Source: the human T2T-CHM13v2.0 reference genome, Homo sapiens. From it: DNA of 64,000 bases. The stretch lies in NCBI RefSeq assembly GCF_009914755.1, contig NC_060929.1; one strand, 5' to 3'. Both the position numbers and the translations under genes were made by a program. Shown here in pieces: positions 1 to 10,847 of this stretch. The notes below the pieces were generated by a model that did no database searches, was not told where the DNA came from, and saw only the letters and a program-made list of their open reading frames with translations. Positions within the stretch are counted from its first letter, which is position 1. Every line of letters begins with the position of its first letter.

Positions 1-254
1 GGCCTGATCATAGCTCACTGGAGACTTGAAATACTGGGCTCAAATAATTCTCTTTCCTTAGCCTTCCAAGTAGATATGGTACCCGCCACCATGATAGGCT
101 AATTTAAAATTTTTTATTATTATTATTATTATTTGTAGCGATGGGGTCTTGTTTTATTGCCCAGCCCGCTCTCAAACTTCCTGGACTCAAGAAATCCTCC
201 CACCTTGGCATCCCAAAACACTGGGATTACAGCTGTAATTCACTGTGCCTTGAC
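1..254 (-). mobile_element. Old Alu SINE (AluJ-like), cut by window start
   Basis: Antisense Alu hallmarks: gatcatagctcactg, T-rich linker (ttattatt), ctcaagaaatcctcccaccttggcatcccaaaacactgggattacag; heavily diverged. Confidence 0.92.
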
Positions 255-2385
255 AGAATACATAATCCTTTTACATGTATATGGAATATTCACCAAAATA
301 AATCATATAATGTGTTATAAAATAAACTTTAACACATTAAAAGAATTTAAATCATGCAGAGTATGTTCTCTGACTTTAATGGAGTTAAATTAGAAATTAA
401 TGGAAGAAAGAAAAGGAACATCTTCAAACACTTGGAGATGAGTCAAAGATAAGCTCTCAAAGCATATATGGAAATATTTTAGCCCTAATAAAAATTAAAA
501 TACTACATATCAAAATTTGAACTCTGTAGCAAAAGCAGTGCTTAGAGGCATACTTATATCATTGTGCTTATATCAGAATAAAATACATGTCTCAAATCAA
601 CAATCAAGATTTTCATCCAAAGAAACTGGAAAAAAGTTAACCCACAACAAGAATAAGGAAGGGTTAATAATAAGAGCAGGAACAAATTTGAGAACATAAA
701 AAAATTGAGAAAATTAATGACACTCTAAGCTTATTTTTTAAAAAGAATAATAAAAGTAACAAACCATTCACCAAACAGATCAAATAAAACAAAATATGAC
801 AAAAGTTGTGATTATTAGAAATGAAAAGTTGGCTATCACTACAGAGCCTGTATTACTGTATCAATAATAACAATTATATTATTCTAAGGAAATATACAAA
901 CAGCTCTCTGTATATAAGTTAACTAATCTAGATTAAGTGAAACAATTGCTTGCAAAGCATTTCTCTTATGATTGGAACGGATTTGTATATTCAAAGTTCA
1001 CTCAAACTGATATAACATAAGTACTCATATAGCTACTTTTAAAAAATTGAATTCATGGTTAAACTTTTCTGAAAAAGAACTTTCTAGGCCCAGATGGTTT
1101 TACTGGCAAAATCTAGCAAACATTTAAAAGAGAAATAATGCCAATTTTATGAAATTCTTTTCTAAAATAAAAGGAAGGAAACACTTCCCAACTGATTGTA
1201 TGATTGGAAAATTACCCCAATAACAAAACCAGATTGAGAAAGAACAAAGGGAGAAAAAGTACAGATACATACTTTTTGTGATCAAGGAAGCAAACATCCT
1301 CTACAGATGTCAATAAATTATATACATCATGGCCAAATTGGGGTTTATTGTGAGAATGCAAGGTTAATTCATCACTCAAAAATCACTGTAACCCACCATT
1401 TAACAGTCTAAAGAAGAAAAACCACATGATTTTATCAATTAATGAAAAAATGAATTTGACAAAATTCGACTTCATTCATGATAAAAAACCAATCAACCAA
1501 TCGACCAACCAACCCACCCCTCTGGGCAAACTAGAAATAGAAGAAAACTTTCTCAACCTAATAAGTACATTAACAAGAATACTAAAGGTGACATCATACT
1601 TAACAGTGAAAGATTTAACATTTTCTCCCTAAGTTTGGGAAGAAGAAAGGATGTCCATGTTTACTACTTCTATTTAACATTATATTAAGAACTCAACTCA
1701 AGGCAATAAAGCCAGAAACAGAAATGAAAGATACACAGAATGGAGAGGAAGAAATAACTGTTCCTGTTCACAGATGACGTGATTGTTGACATGGAAAATT
1801 TTAAGAAATCTGTAAAAAACTTCTAGAAATAGTAAATGAGTTTCAAGGGTACAAATACAAGGTCAACATATGAAAATTTATTGCATTTCTGTATACTATT
1901 GAACAACTGGGAAATAATTTTTACTATTTATAATAATTCCTTTCCAACTTTATATGCATACTTAGGTATAAATCTAACAAAACATGTACAAGATTTGTAT
2001 GCTAAAAACTACACATGCTGATGAAAGTGACCAAAGAGGACCTAAAGAAATGCAGAGATTCCATGTCCATGGATTAGAAGTCTCGAAAGAAGAAAGTCTC
2101 TATGTTTTCCCCCCAACAATTTATATATTTAGCATAATTATGCCCCAGCAGAAGTTTTGTAGATACTGACAAAATGATTTTAAAATTTATAAGAAATGCG
2201 TGGGAACCAGAAGAGTTAAGGCAATTAAAGAAAAAGAATAACATTGGAGGAATCACTACCTAATTTTAATACACCCAAAAAATACAACAATGACGACTAT
2301 AGTCATTGTGAGGGGATGTACACATTAAGCAAAGAACAAAATAGTTTAGAAATAGAAATATGTATATATGGATAATCGATTATTT
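255..2385 (+). mobile_element. Degenerate L1 (L1M-type) ORF2 body, endonuclease through RT region
   Basis: A-rich. Recognisable ORF2 segments include ggcccagatggttttactggcaaa (GPDGFTG), gaatgcaaggttaattc (MQGWF-like) and ctgttcacagatgacgtgattg (LFADD-like). Many stops and frameshifts. Confidence 0.9.
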
Positions 2386-2387
2386 TT

Positions 2388-2670
2388 AGTTTTTAACAAC
2401 TTTATTGAGATATAATTTATATATCTTAATGTTCACTCGTATAAACTTTACAGTTTAATGGTTTTGGTGTATTCACAAAGTTATATAACCGTCACTTAAA
2501 TCTAATTTTAGAATATATTCACCACCTCAGAAAGAACCCCTATTGCCTTTTGTGATTGCTCCCCACTTCTCTGTTCCCCCAGCCCTCATAACCACTACTC
2601 TACTTTCTGTAGCTATAGAGGTGAATATTCTGGACACTTCATATAAGTGGAATCATATAATTAATGGTCT
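2388..2670 (-). mobile_element. L1MB-like 3' end
   Basis: aactttattgagatataattt...accactactctactttctgt...catataagtggaatcata is typical antisense L1MB 3'UTR. Confidence 0.85.
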
Positions 2671-2671
2671 T

Positions 2672-2912
2672 GGATTTGGAAGGAAGTAGGTGTGGCTATA
2701 AAAGAGCAATATGAAGGATTCTTGTTGTGATAGTAATGTTTTTTATGCTAACTGTGCCATTGTCGATAGCCTGGTTGTGGTTTTATACTATAGTTTTGCA
2801 AAATGTTATCATTATGGGTCACTGTGTAGAGGGTACACTGTACCTCACTGTATTATTTCTTGTATGTGAATGTACAATTATCTCAAAATTAAAAGTTTAA
2901 TATAAAAAAGAA
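2672..2912 (+). mobile_element. L1MD-like 3' end with A-rich tail
   Basis: gtgtggctataaaagagcaa...tagttttgcaaaatgttatcatt...tacaattatctcaaaattaaaagttt matches the old L1MD/L1MC 3'UTR. Confidence 0.75.
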
Positions 2913-2933
2913 AACTACATGACCAAAAATGCT

Positions 2934-3138
2934 GACTGGATTTCCCTACCTTGATGCTGACCTTTTAGGTTGAATAATTCTTTGTTGTGGGGGATTGTCC
3001 TGTGCTTCACCAGATGTCCAGTGGCATCCCTGGTCTCCAGTCACTAGATGCTGGTGGTAGTCCCCTCTCGTATGACAACCAAAAACACTTCTAGACGTGT
3101 ACTGTGAGGGATAAAATCATCCTGGTAGAAAACCACTG
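2934..3138. mobile_element. MER20 hAT-Charlie MITE
   Basis: aataattctttgttgtggggg...gtcctgtgc...ggcatccctggtctc...tgacaaccaaaaa...aaaaccactg terminus. Confidence 0.88.
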
Positions 3139-3794
3139 TGTTAGTATTGCTATTGATCTTTTACCTTAGTATTAATATTATGGAGTACTTTCCCTAATGT
3201 GTTTTTTCATAACACAATTTAAAGAGACACTAAACTCATATACAGAAAAGAATGTAAGTACATTTGTCCTTTTGAGCATATCTTTACATTACTCTTCATA
3301 TCTTAGCATATTGGTTTATTTATTTTTATGTTCTTTCAGACATTTTCTTCTGTAATGAAGGCTGAATACCATAAATTGTTCACAGTACTTGTTTTTAGAT
3401 TCATGATATTTATTAGCCATATAAAATATTATTGCTAATTCTTCAAGAATAATGATGATATAGTAGCAAATCTTTCTTTAAAAAAGACTATGCCAAGAAA
3501 GATTCATGGCCAGTATATTATTCATTAAATGTCATCAAGATTGTTCACAATTGAATAATCTAGCAGGGGAACTTTTTACTAATTATACGTAGCAAGTAAT
3601 TAGTATTATAAAATATCGAGAAAGAGAGAATTATACTATAAAGATATTTTATCTAAAGTAAATATTGCAAAGGTGATCAACTGAGCAATAGATCATGAAT
3701 TGATAGAAAGGAGGTGAGACTCCTTGGCTCTTATATCCCTTTATTTACAACTCTCTTATAATACTACATATATTGTTTAAATATTTATTTAAAC

Positions 3795-4014
3795 TAGAGG
3801 TTAGCAAACATGTCCCAGTGGTCAATTTAGCCTCACACTTGTTTTTGTAAATGTGTTTTATTTAGATACAGTCATGCCTATTTGTTTATTTGTTTCCTAT
3901 TCATGCTTTTGTGCTACAGTGGTAGAGTTGAGTAGTTGCAACAGAGATTTTCTGGCCTAGAAAGCCTAAAATATTCGTTATTTGGCTCTTTACAGAAAAG
4001 GGTTGGTAGTGCTA
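3795..4014. mobile_element. MER58A hAT MITE with perfect 8-bp TSD ATTTAAAC
   Basis: Body gtttttgtaaat...gagttgagtagttgcaacagaga...tggctctttacagaaaa; ATTTAAAC at 3787-3794 and 4015-4022. Confidence 0.92.
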
Positions 4015-5689
4015 ATTTAAACTATGAATAAATTCCTTCATACGTAACTCATTAAATTGCAGTACAAAACTGCAACTGATGCTCGTTAAATGAGGGAAGG
4101 AAAAAAAAACAAAAAGAAAGAAGACAGGAAGAGAAAGAGAAGTTGGAAAGTATAAAGGATTCAGGAAAAAATCTTAAAAACTCATGAAAAGAAAGCACGT
4201 TAGCTGGCTGGCTAGAGCAAGGAGCAACACTTAGAATTTAGTAGGGGATGAGAAAAATTAAAGTGGGGAGAATTATCATGGTTAATTAGTATTAACCCTT
4301 TCGGTAGAAATTTTAGTGGTCTTAAGAAGCAATTTAGTTTCCCTGCCAGGACTTGACTCAAAAGCTGGCTTGCTGAGGGGAAGGTGACTGACTCAGAAGG
4401 GAAATAATGATACTTGAGAGGATTGATTTGGGAGCAAAGGAGACCTCATTTCTTACCTCCACTCACCCACGTGCTAAGAATAAAGGTGCATTTCTATGGG
4501 CCTCTGTCACCTTGCTTATAGTATGGATAAGGAAACTATCAATCTGAAGGCAGGATACTAAATCAAATAATATTATAGATCCTTTCCATCCTTAATCTTT
4601 ATGGCTTTTCTGTCTCTAAAGTTCTGGGGTTCACTTAAATGTGCTAGTGGTTCTCCTAGTCTACTTTTGAATCCTTGTATACTTCATCATTTAGCTTCCT
4701 TTCTCCTTGTTATCCTATCTGAAGCTTGTTAACTTGATTCCATTCCAAGGATTCCCAGTTCCATTTGGATTCCTGTGTTCTTTACCCTGGTGACTAACGT
4801 GGGCCTGAAACTTATTGCCCTCTATCTCAATTAACCCAACTTCAGCCCTCTTGCCGAGACCAGCATTTAACAGTACAAGTTTTAACGCACTCAGCAAGCT
4901 GAATTTTGTTCCTGGTATTCTTTCTGAACCTAGCTCTTCACCATTTAGTCAGAGACACTGATTTTTACCAAGAGATAGTTGCTACCTGAAAAAAACGAAC
5001 AAGAACAAAGAAAAAAAATCCCAACAAAAATAAAGTTAAACTTTAATTTTTTGGGTTTCAGAAAAACAAAGTTTAAATTGTAAGATACTGGACTTAACTG
5101 AATTTCAAAAGCCTAACCCTTGTACATACAAGAAACAAAGTTTATACCAAAAATAAAAGACTTAAGAGAATGGCTCAGTGTGGGAAAAATGTATCCCTAA
5201 TTGACCTCACCTGTATTAATGGCAATTTGAAGACCATATGCTGGGGCTGGGGGAAAACGGTTGAAGGGAAATCTTGGCAGAATTGAAGAGGGTTCTTCTG
5301 GAGTAGGTCCTTAAAATGGAGCTTTATGGCTAGGTAGGAATCTTCTGCAATATTTTAGGAACAAGACAGTTAAGGTTATAAATAGAGCATCATATAAGGA
5401 TGGGCACATGCTCATAGGACTGACTGACTCTCAGGGCATAGTAATGGTGCTGGTGTGGAGTAAAGAGATTATAAGTGAAAAATTACAATTGTAAAACAGC
5501 ATGGGATAAGTTATGAAACTGTTGTAGAATTGTTCAAAAACTTTCTACTAATAAAATAAGTGTAATTTGACTTTTACTTGCAACAGTTAAAATATCACAA
5601 AGTGTCAGTACAAACATATATAAAATAAATCTTATTTTACATTAAATGTAGATTCTATAGACAATGACAGTACAGAGATGGATTCAAGT

Positions 5690-6610
5690 TGTTAATATTA
5701 GAGGTAAAACTATATAGTTAATAGAAGAATTATTGAGGAGCAACTTTCTTTTGTAGAAACATGAAGAGACTTCTTAAATAAAATTTTCAAACCACACACC
5801 TTAAGGCAAACATTGGTTATAATAATTACATCTATCAAAATAAATTTTTCTTCAACAAAAAAACTCTTTGAACAAAATGAATAATGTATTACAAAAAGCC
5901 CAAATAATTGCACTATTTAAAAGAGTAAAAGAACTACTATCTAGAAATTTATACAAGGACCTCTAAAAAATCATGAAAAAGGCATCTCAAAAAAATGGGT
6001 ACAGGAAATAAAAAGAAAATTTACAAAAGAAAAAACCCAAAAGGGTAAAATTATGTAAATCATACTCATCTTATTGTCAGAGAAATGGAAGGTAAATATG
6101 TCTCTTTGGCAAAAATTAGAAAACTGGATAATGCCAAATGTTGATAAGAACATAGGCATCCAGGATCCCTTGGTCTGTAGACGGCACAGCCATTTTTGGG
6201 TGCAAACAGACAGTACTTAGTCAAATTAAATACAAAAGTATAATGTGAACCTGCAAGTGTGCTTCTGGGAATATACCCTAAGTAAATTCTTATAGGAATA
6301 TTTATGAGGATGTTGATGACAGCATTGTTTTTGTTTTAGAGTTGGAGACATCTGGGAGTACATCACAGGGAAGTGGATATAGAAAAAATGTGATAGATGC
6401 ACACATACTTCAGAGTACTATGCTGCTGTTATAATAGCCTACTAAATGAACAATTTGCGAAGTGCATGAATCTTAAAGGTATATTTTTAGATTAAGCACA
6501 AACAAAGAAAAAGTGAAATGTAACAATTTTATTTTGGTAAATTAACAATTTGGGAATATAAAAAATAATAGGCATTTTAAGTGGTCACACAAAACAAACA
6601 AACCTATATA
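5690..6610 (+). mobile_element. Very old L1 (L1ME-like) 3' ORF2/3'UTR fragment
   Basis: tagaaatttatacaaggacctc, ggcaaaaattagaaaactggataatgccaaatgttg and cttctgggaatataccc resemble the L1 ORF2 C-terminal region. Confidence 0.7.
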
Positions 6611-7729
6611 AGGAATGGGGACGAAGGAAAAAACTAATGACATAATTAACAAAAGGAGTAAATAGCACAAGAGGTAAGGAAACAAAATCACACCAATATA
6701 ATTTCAGCTATAACATAAATGGTTTTTCTAGTTTGTTTGAGTTTATATGATTCACTGCAAGGTATTTCCTATAAGATAGAAGTCCAAACTTAAGTAGAAT
6801 CAAGATATCTTAAAGGTAAGCTAATATACTAGCTATTATCATTTTAATATGAAGAAATTAGAACAAAATTATTAAGGCTGAGTGAGTTGCCCACACAGAT
6901 CTAGATCACACTATTGACTTTTGGTCCAAAGAACTTCCCACCAAATTACATTGACCTGTTAATAAAAACCAAACTGTAAACTTCAAACTGAGAGTTTCCT
7001 TAACCTAGAGTTGTTTAGTATTCAGTTGATGACATAGTACAAAAAATGTGAATCTTATAATGATAAATAGTTGGAAAATTTAGCAAGAAGGAGTTATTCA
7101 ACACTATTTAATTAACAAGTTAGGATTCCAACATTTTGCTCTGATTTACTTCATTTGTTTCAAAAACATAATTTTCTTTTTATCATTTTTTTGCACATCC
7201 TGCATTTTACTGGAGGGTATAACATCAAAAATTGGTAAACACTAAACGAACTACAGAGGGGTGCATTTCAGGACTTCCCTAATGTTTCTGGAAAATGAAA
7301 TGATACCAGTACTCTCATGTTCCTTTTTAACTCCTCCTGAGGAGAAGTACCCATTAAAGGCTTTACTATGTATGGTGCCCTGACAGTAAACTCTGTGCTA
7401 ATGTACTCATCAATTGACACTAGAAGATGGTATTTTTAGATGTTTACTAAATAGAGTTAGCGTTTCCTTTTGCTTATCCAGGTTGAATTCTTAGTCCCCT
7501 TTCTCTACTCTTTTGTGCTTAGTCTGCCTCAAAGGGATGAAGTTTTGATAAAATAGTTCTTAGAAATTTGGTTGGATATGGAGCTCCTTCACTCAGCAAA
7601 TATAAAATGATAATCTACTCTCGCCAAGACAGCAATTGATTATATAAAATATTATTGCTCAGGTAATGAATTTATTCCATGGAACTGAGCTTGTTGTAAT
7701 GACTGAACCTAAAAGCTCTAGACCAGCCA

Positions 7730-7920
7730 TCATAGCTTCCTTGTGTTCAAGAATTGCAATTTGGCAGTGGGTCCTGGCAAAATGGCACCAGATACCTGGA
7801 ACTTTTTTAAAAGGGATCATGTGATTAGATGAGTTTCACTAGAATAATTAACGTAAATTAAAGTCAACTAATTTAGTAACCTTAATTTCATCTGCATAAT
7901 CCATTTTGCCATGTAAAAGT
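7730..7920 (-). mobile_element. MLT1-type MaLR LTR fragment
   Basis: catgtgattagatgag...aagtcaactaatttagtaaccttaatttcatctgcataatcc...ttttgccatgtaa. Confidence 0.6.
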
Positions 7921-8722
7921 TTTTTCTTTTTTGTTTTTATTTTTAATACAAGAGACATTAGGGCACCAAGGTGGATTTCTTAAAACCCTCACTATACATA
8001 GCTCTTGAGCACTGCCTCATCCTTGGACAGATTGTATCTCAACAGTCTCTGCTGAGCAACCCTGGCACATTTTTTAAACCTCCTGCTCCCTTATTTTATG
8101 CGAGTTCTCATCCTGAATCCTGATTCTGCTTGTAGTACCATTCATGTGCACCTGAATATGCAGTTAAGAGGCTTAGTGGATCCATCCGTGGATCATTATT
8201 TTGTATTCTGTATTCACACTCACAAATCAACTACAGACTTGGAATAACTAATATAATGTTTAAAATGCCCTTTTCAAACTCATTCGGCCTTGAATTTATG
8301 TACTCACCATTGTAGTTTCCACAGGTACTTAAAATTAATCAGTTACTACATGTATACACATAAGAGAGATAGCTAATCAGAGTCAGTAAAAACTATATGC
8401 ACACCTTTAGGCAATGGGTTTCACATAGTGACCAAAGACAGGTTTATCTCCAGAGGTGCTGGAAAAGTCTTTGAGTTGTACTGTTCTAAGGAAGATTTCC
8501 AAAAGCTCAAAGAAAGACCAAGTACCCTGTTTGGCCAACACACACTTTCATTCTTAGGAGAGGTATCTGTTTGACAGCAGAGAACTTGGCTGCCAAATAG
8601 TGACCTGGCTATATTCACTATCTACACAAAACAGCCTGGAAAAATTCTTGCCAAGTAGAGGTTTTTAGAGTGGTTAGCCCTTAATGCTCCTGGCTCTAGA
8701 AAAGTGCCCAAAGTGTATTTCA

Positions 8723-9252
8723 TGTCTGAGGTCAGGTCATCCAAGAGGGAAACCCTCAGCCAAGGATTCAAGTGTAAGTGATTTATGAAGAGCAGGTTCC
8801 CAGGAGAAATTGATTATGCAATACAGAATGGAGAAGGAGAAGAACCAAAAAAAAAAAAAAAAGTGTGTGTGTGGGGCCGTGCAATTTCAGCTGAAATCCC
8901 AGCCTCAGCCCGTTTCCAGAGAAAGCAGTGGAGCGTAAACTACACGTCAGTTTGCCATGTTTCAAGGCAAATAAACTGGTGTTGTGTTTCTTTACCAGCC
9001 ACCCCAGGGAGACTCTGTGGGTCACCCCAGAGAAACATAAGCTCCTAGGCAATTCCAGGTAGATTGCCACAAGAGCAGAGTGGCTCCAGTAACCCCAGGG
9101 CAATCTTTCTAGGAGTAATCAGAAGCAAGGCAAACTAAAAGTAGGGAACATCTTATGGGTAAAGGTGATTGAGGGATCCGGCCAGAATATCAACTGGGGG
9201 CCATTATGTATCTTCTGTAAGTCTCTGGGAAAATGTTCGAATGTCTGCTACA
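8723..9252. mobile_element. ERVL solo LTR (LTR16/LTR33-like)
   Basis: Starts tgtctgaggtcagg...caaggattcaagtgtaagtgattta and ends gtctgctaca (TG...CA termini). Confidence 0.65.
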
Positions 9253-9494
9253 ACCCTATCTCCCACCTCTATGACTCTCCTTGTTGTTCCTCTGAGAGTC
9301 ATTCTGTTGCTTTTATGGATGTTTAGGTAGGAAAGTGCAAAATACTTGATGGATTTTAAAACATGAAATGGTGCTACAATGTCACAAGTTATCTCTGCTA
9401 GTTTAAATAGAAACAGGTATAAAGACATTTTGCTACCAAGACAAGCACTGCACAGACATGATAATTAATGAGCTGTTGTAGGTGTTCTTTAAGG

Positions 9495-9806
9495 CAGCAG
9501 TCCCCAACCTTTTTGGCACCAGGGACCAGTTTACTGGAAGACAATTTTTTCATGGACAGGGCAGTGGGTGATGGTTTGGGGATGAAACTGGTCCACTTCA
9601 GGTCATCAGGCATTAGATTCTCATAAGGAGTGCACAGCCTAGATCCCTCATATGTGCAGTTCACAATAGGTTTCATATTCCTAGGAGAATCTAATGCCAC
9701 CGCTGATCTGATAGGAGGTAGAGCTCAGTTGGTAATGCTGCATGGCCCATTTCCTAACAGGCCACAAACTGGTACCTGTCCATGGCCCAGAAGTTGGAAA
9801 CCCCTG
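9495..9806. mobile_element. MER1B hAT MITE with 8-bp TSD
   Basis: TIRs cagcagtccccaacc / gttggaaacccctg; body caggcattagattctcataaggag; TSD CTTTAAGG (9487-9494) / TTTTAAGG (9807-9814). Confidence 0.93.
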
Positions 9807-9839
9807 TTTTAAGGAACTCTGGACAAAGTGCTTTGGAAG

Positions 9840-9892
9840 ACAGTGTGGTATGACAGATAATATAGCATGGAATTTGGAGTCATGAGACCAAA
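9840..9892 (+). mobile_element. MIR 5' fragment (host split by later insertions; continues at 10260-10304, 10834-10854, 13779-13836)
   Basis: acagtgtggtatg...agcatggaatttggagtca resembles the MIR head; the later pieces follow MIR consensus order. Confidence 0.55.
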
Positions 9893-10259
9893 TACAGTAG
9901 GCAGAATCTAAGATGGCACTCCTAATCTATTAATACATTTTGGTGTTACTCCCTGGCAATTATGTCATGTGATAAAAGGAATTTCTCAGATTTAAGTAAG
10001 TTTACTAATGAGTTGAGTTTCAGATAGGGAGATTACTGAGGTGGGCCAAACCTATCCAGGTGGATTTCTCCCAAAGCCTCCAGATAAGATCTCATCCTTG
10101 CTAACACATCGAATGCAGCCTTGTGCAGCCCTAATCAAAAAATATTCCAGTCAATTTCACCTAAATGTCTGATCTACAGAACTATGAGATGATAAATGGG
10201 TATTTTTTAAACTGCCAAATGTGTGGTAATTTGTTACACAGCAGTAGAATCCTAATATA
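9893..10259 (+). mobile_element. MLT1E/F-like MaLR solo LTR (internally deleted)
   Basis: gtaggcagaatctaagatggc start; tagggagatta; end gtggtaatttgttacacagcagtagaa...ctaata. Confidence 0.82.
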
Positions 10260-10304
10260 CTATGTTCGAATTGTAACTTTATTACTACCAAAGTGCTGTG
10301 ACTG

Positions 10305-10833
10305 TGCATTAGTTTCCAAAGGATTCTGTAACAAATTGCCACAAACTTGGTGGCTTAAAACAACAGCAATTTATTTTTTCATAGTTTTAGAGGCCCAAAT
10401 TTTGAAATCTGTATTGCTTGTCCAAAATCAAGCACACTCCCTCCATATTCCCTCCAGAGGCTCCAGAGAAGAGTTCATTTATTACCTTTTACATCTTCTG
10501 TTGGCTGTTGGAATTCCTTGGCTTGTGACTGTATCACTTTCATATTCCTCTGTCTTCACAATGCTTTCTTCTTTTCTCTCTCCTTCACCCTCCTGCCATT
10601 TCTCTCTTTCTCCCTCTTTATGTGTAAAATTTCCTTCTGCCTCCATCTTATAAGGATACTTATTGCATTTAGGGCCCATCTAGATAATTCAGGGTAATCT
10701 CCCCATCTCGAGATCCTTAATTTAATCACATCTGCAAGGATCCTTTTTTTATTTTCATATAAAGTAGCATGCATGGATTCCTGGGATTTGATCATTGGGT
10801 ATGTTTTGGAGGGGCATTTTTCATCCCACCACA
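10305..10833 (-). mobile_element. MLT1C-like MaLR solo LTR
   Basis: tgcattagtttcc...ccacaaacttggtggcttaaaacaacag...cttataaggatact...aatctccccatctcgagatccttaatttaatcacatctgca...cccaccaca. Confidence 0.9.
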
Positions 10834-10847
10834 CATTGTGAGCAGTC

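Noticed and set aside
4350-4400. Two AP-1 (TGACTCA) sites
   Set aside because: 7-mers expected by chance in 64 kb; no other support.
10165-10653. 162-aa ORF
   Set aside because: Spans two MLT1 LTRs and a MIR spacer; non-coding origin.
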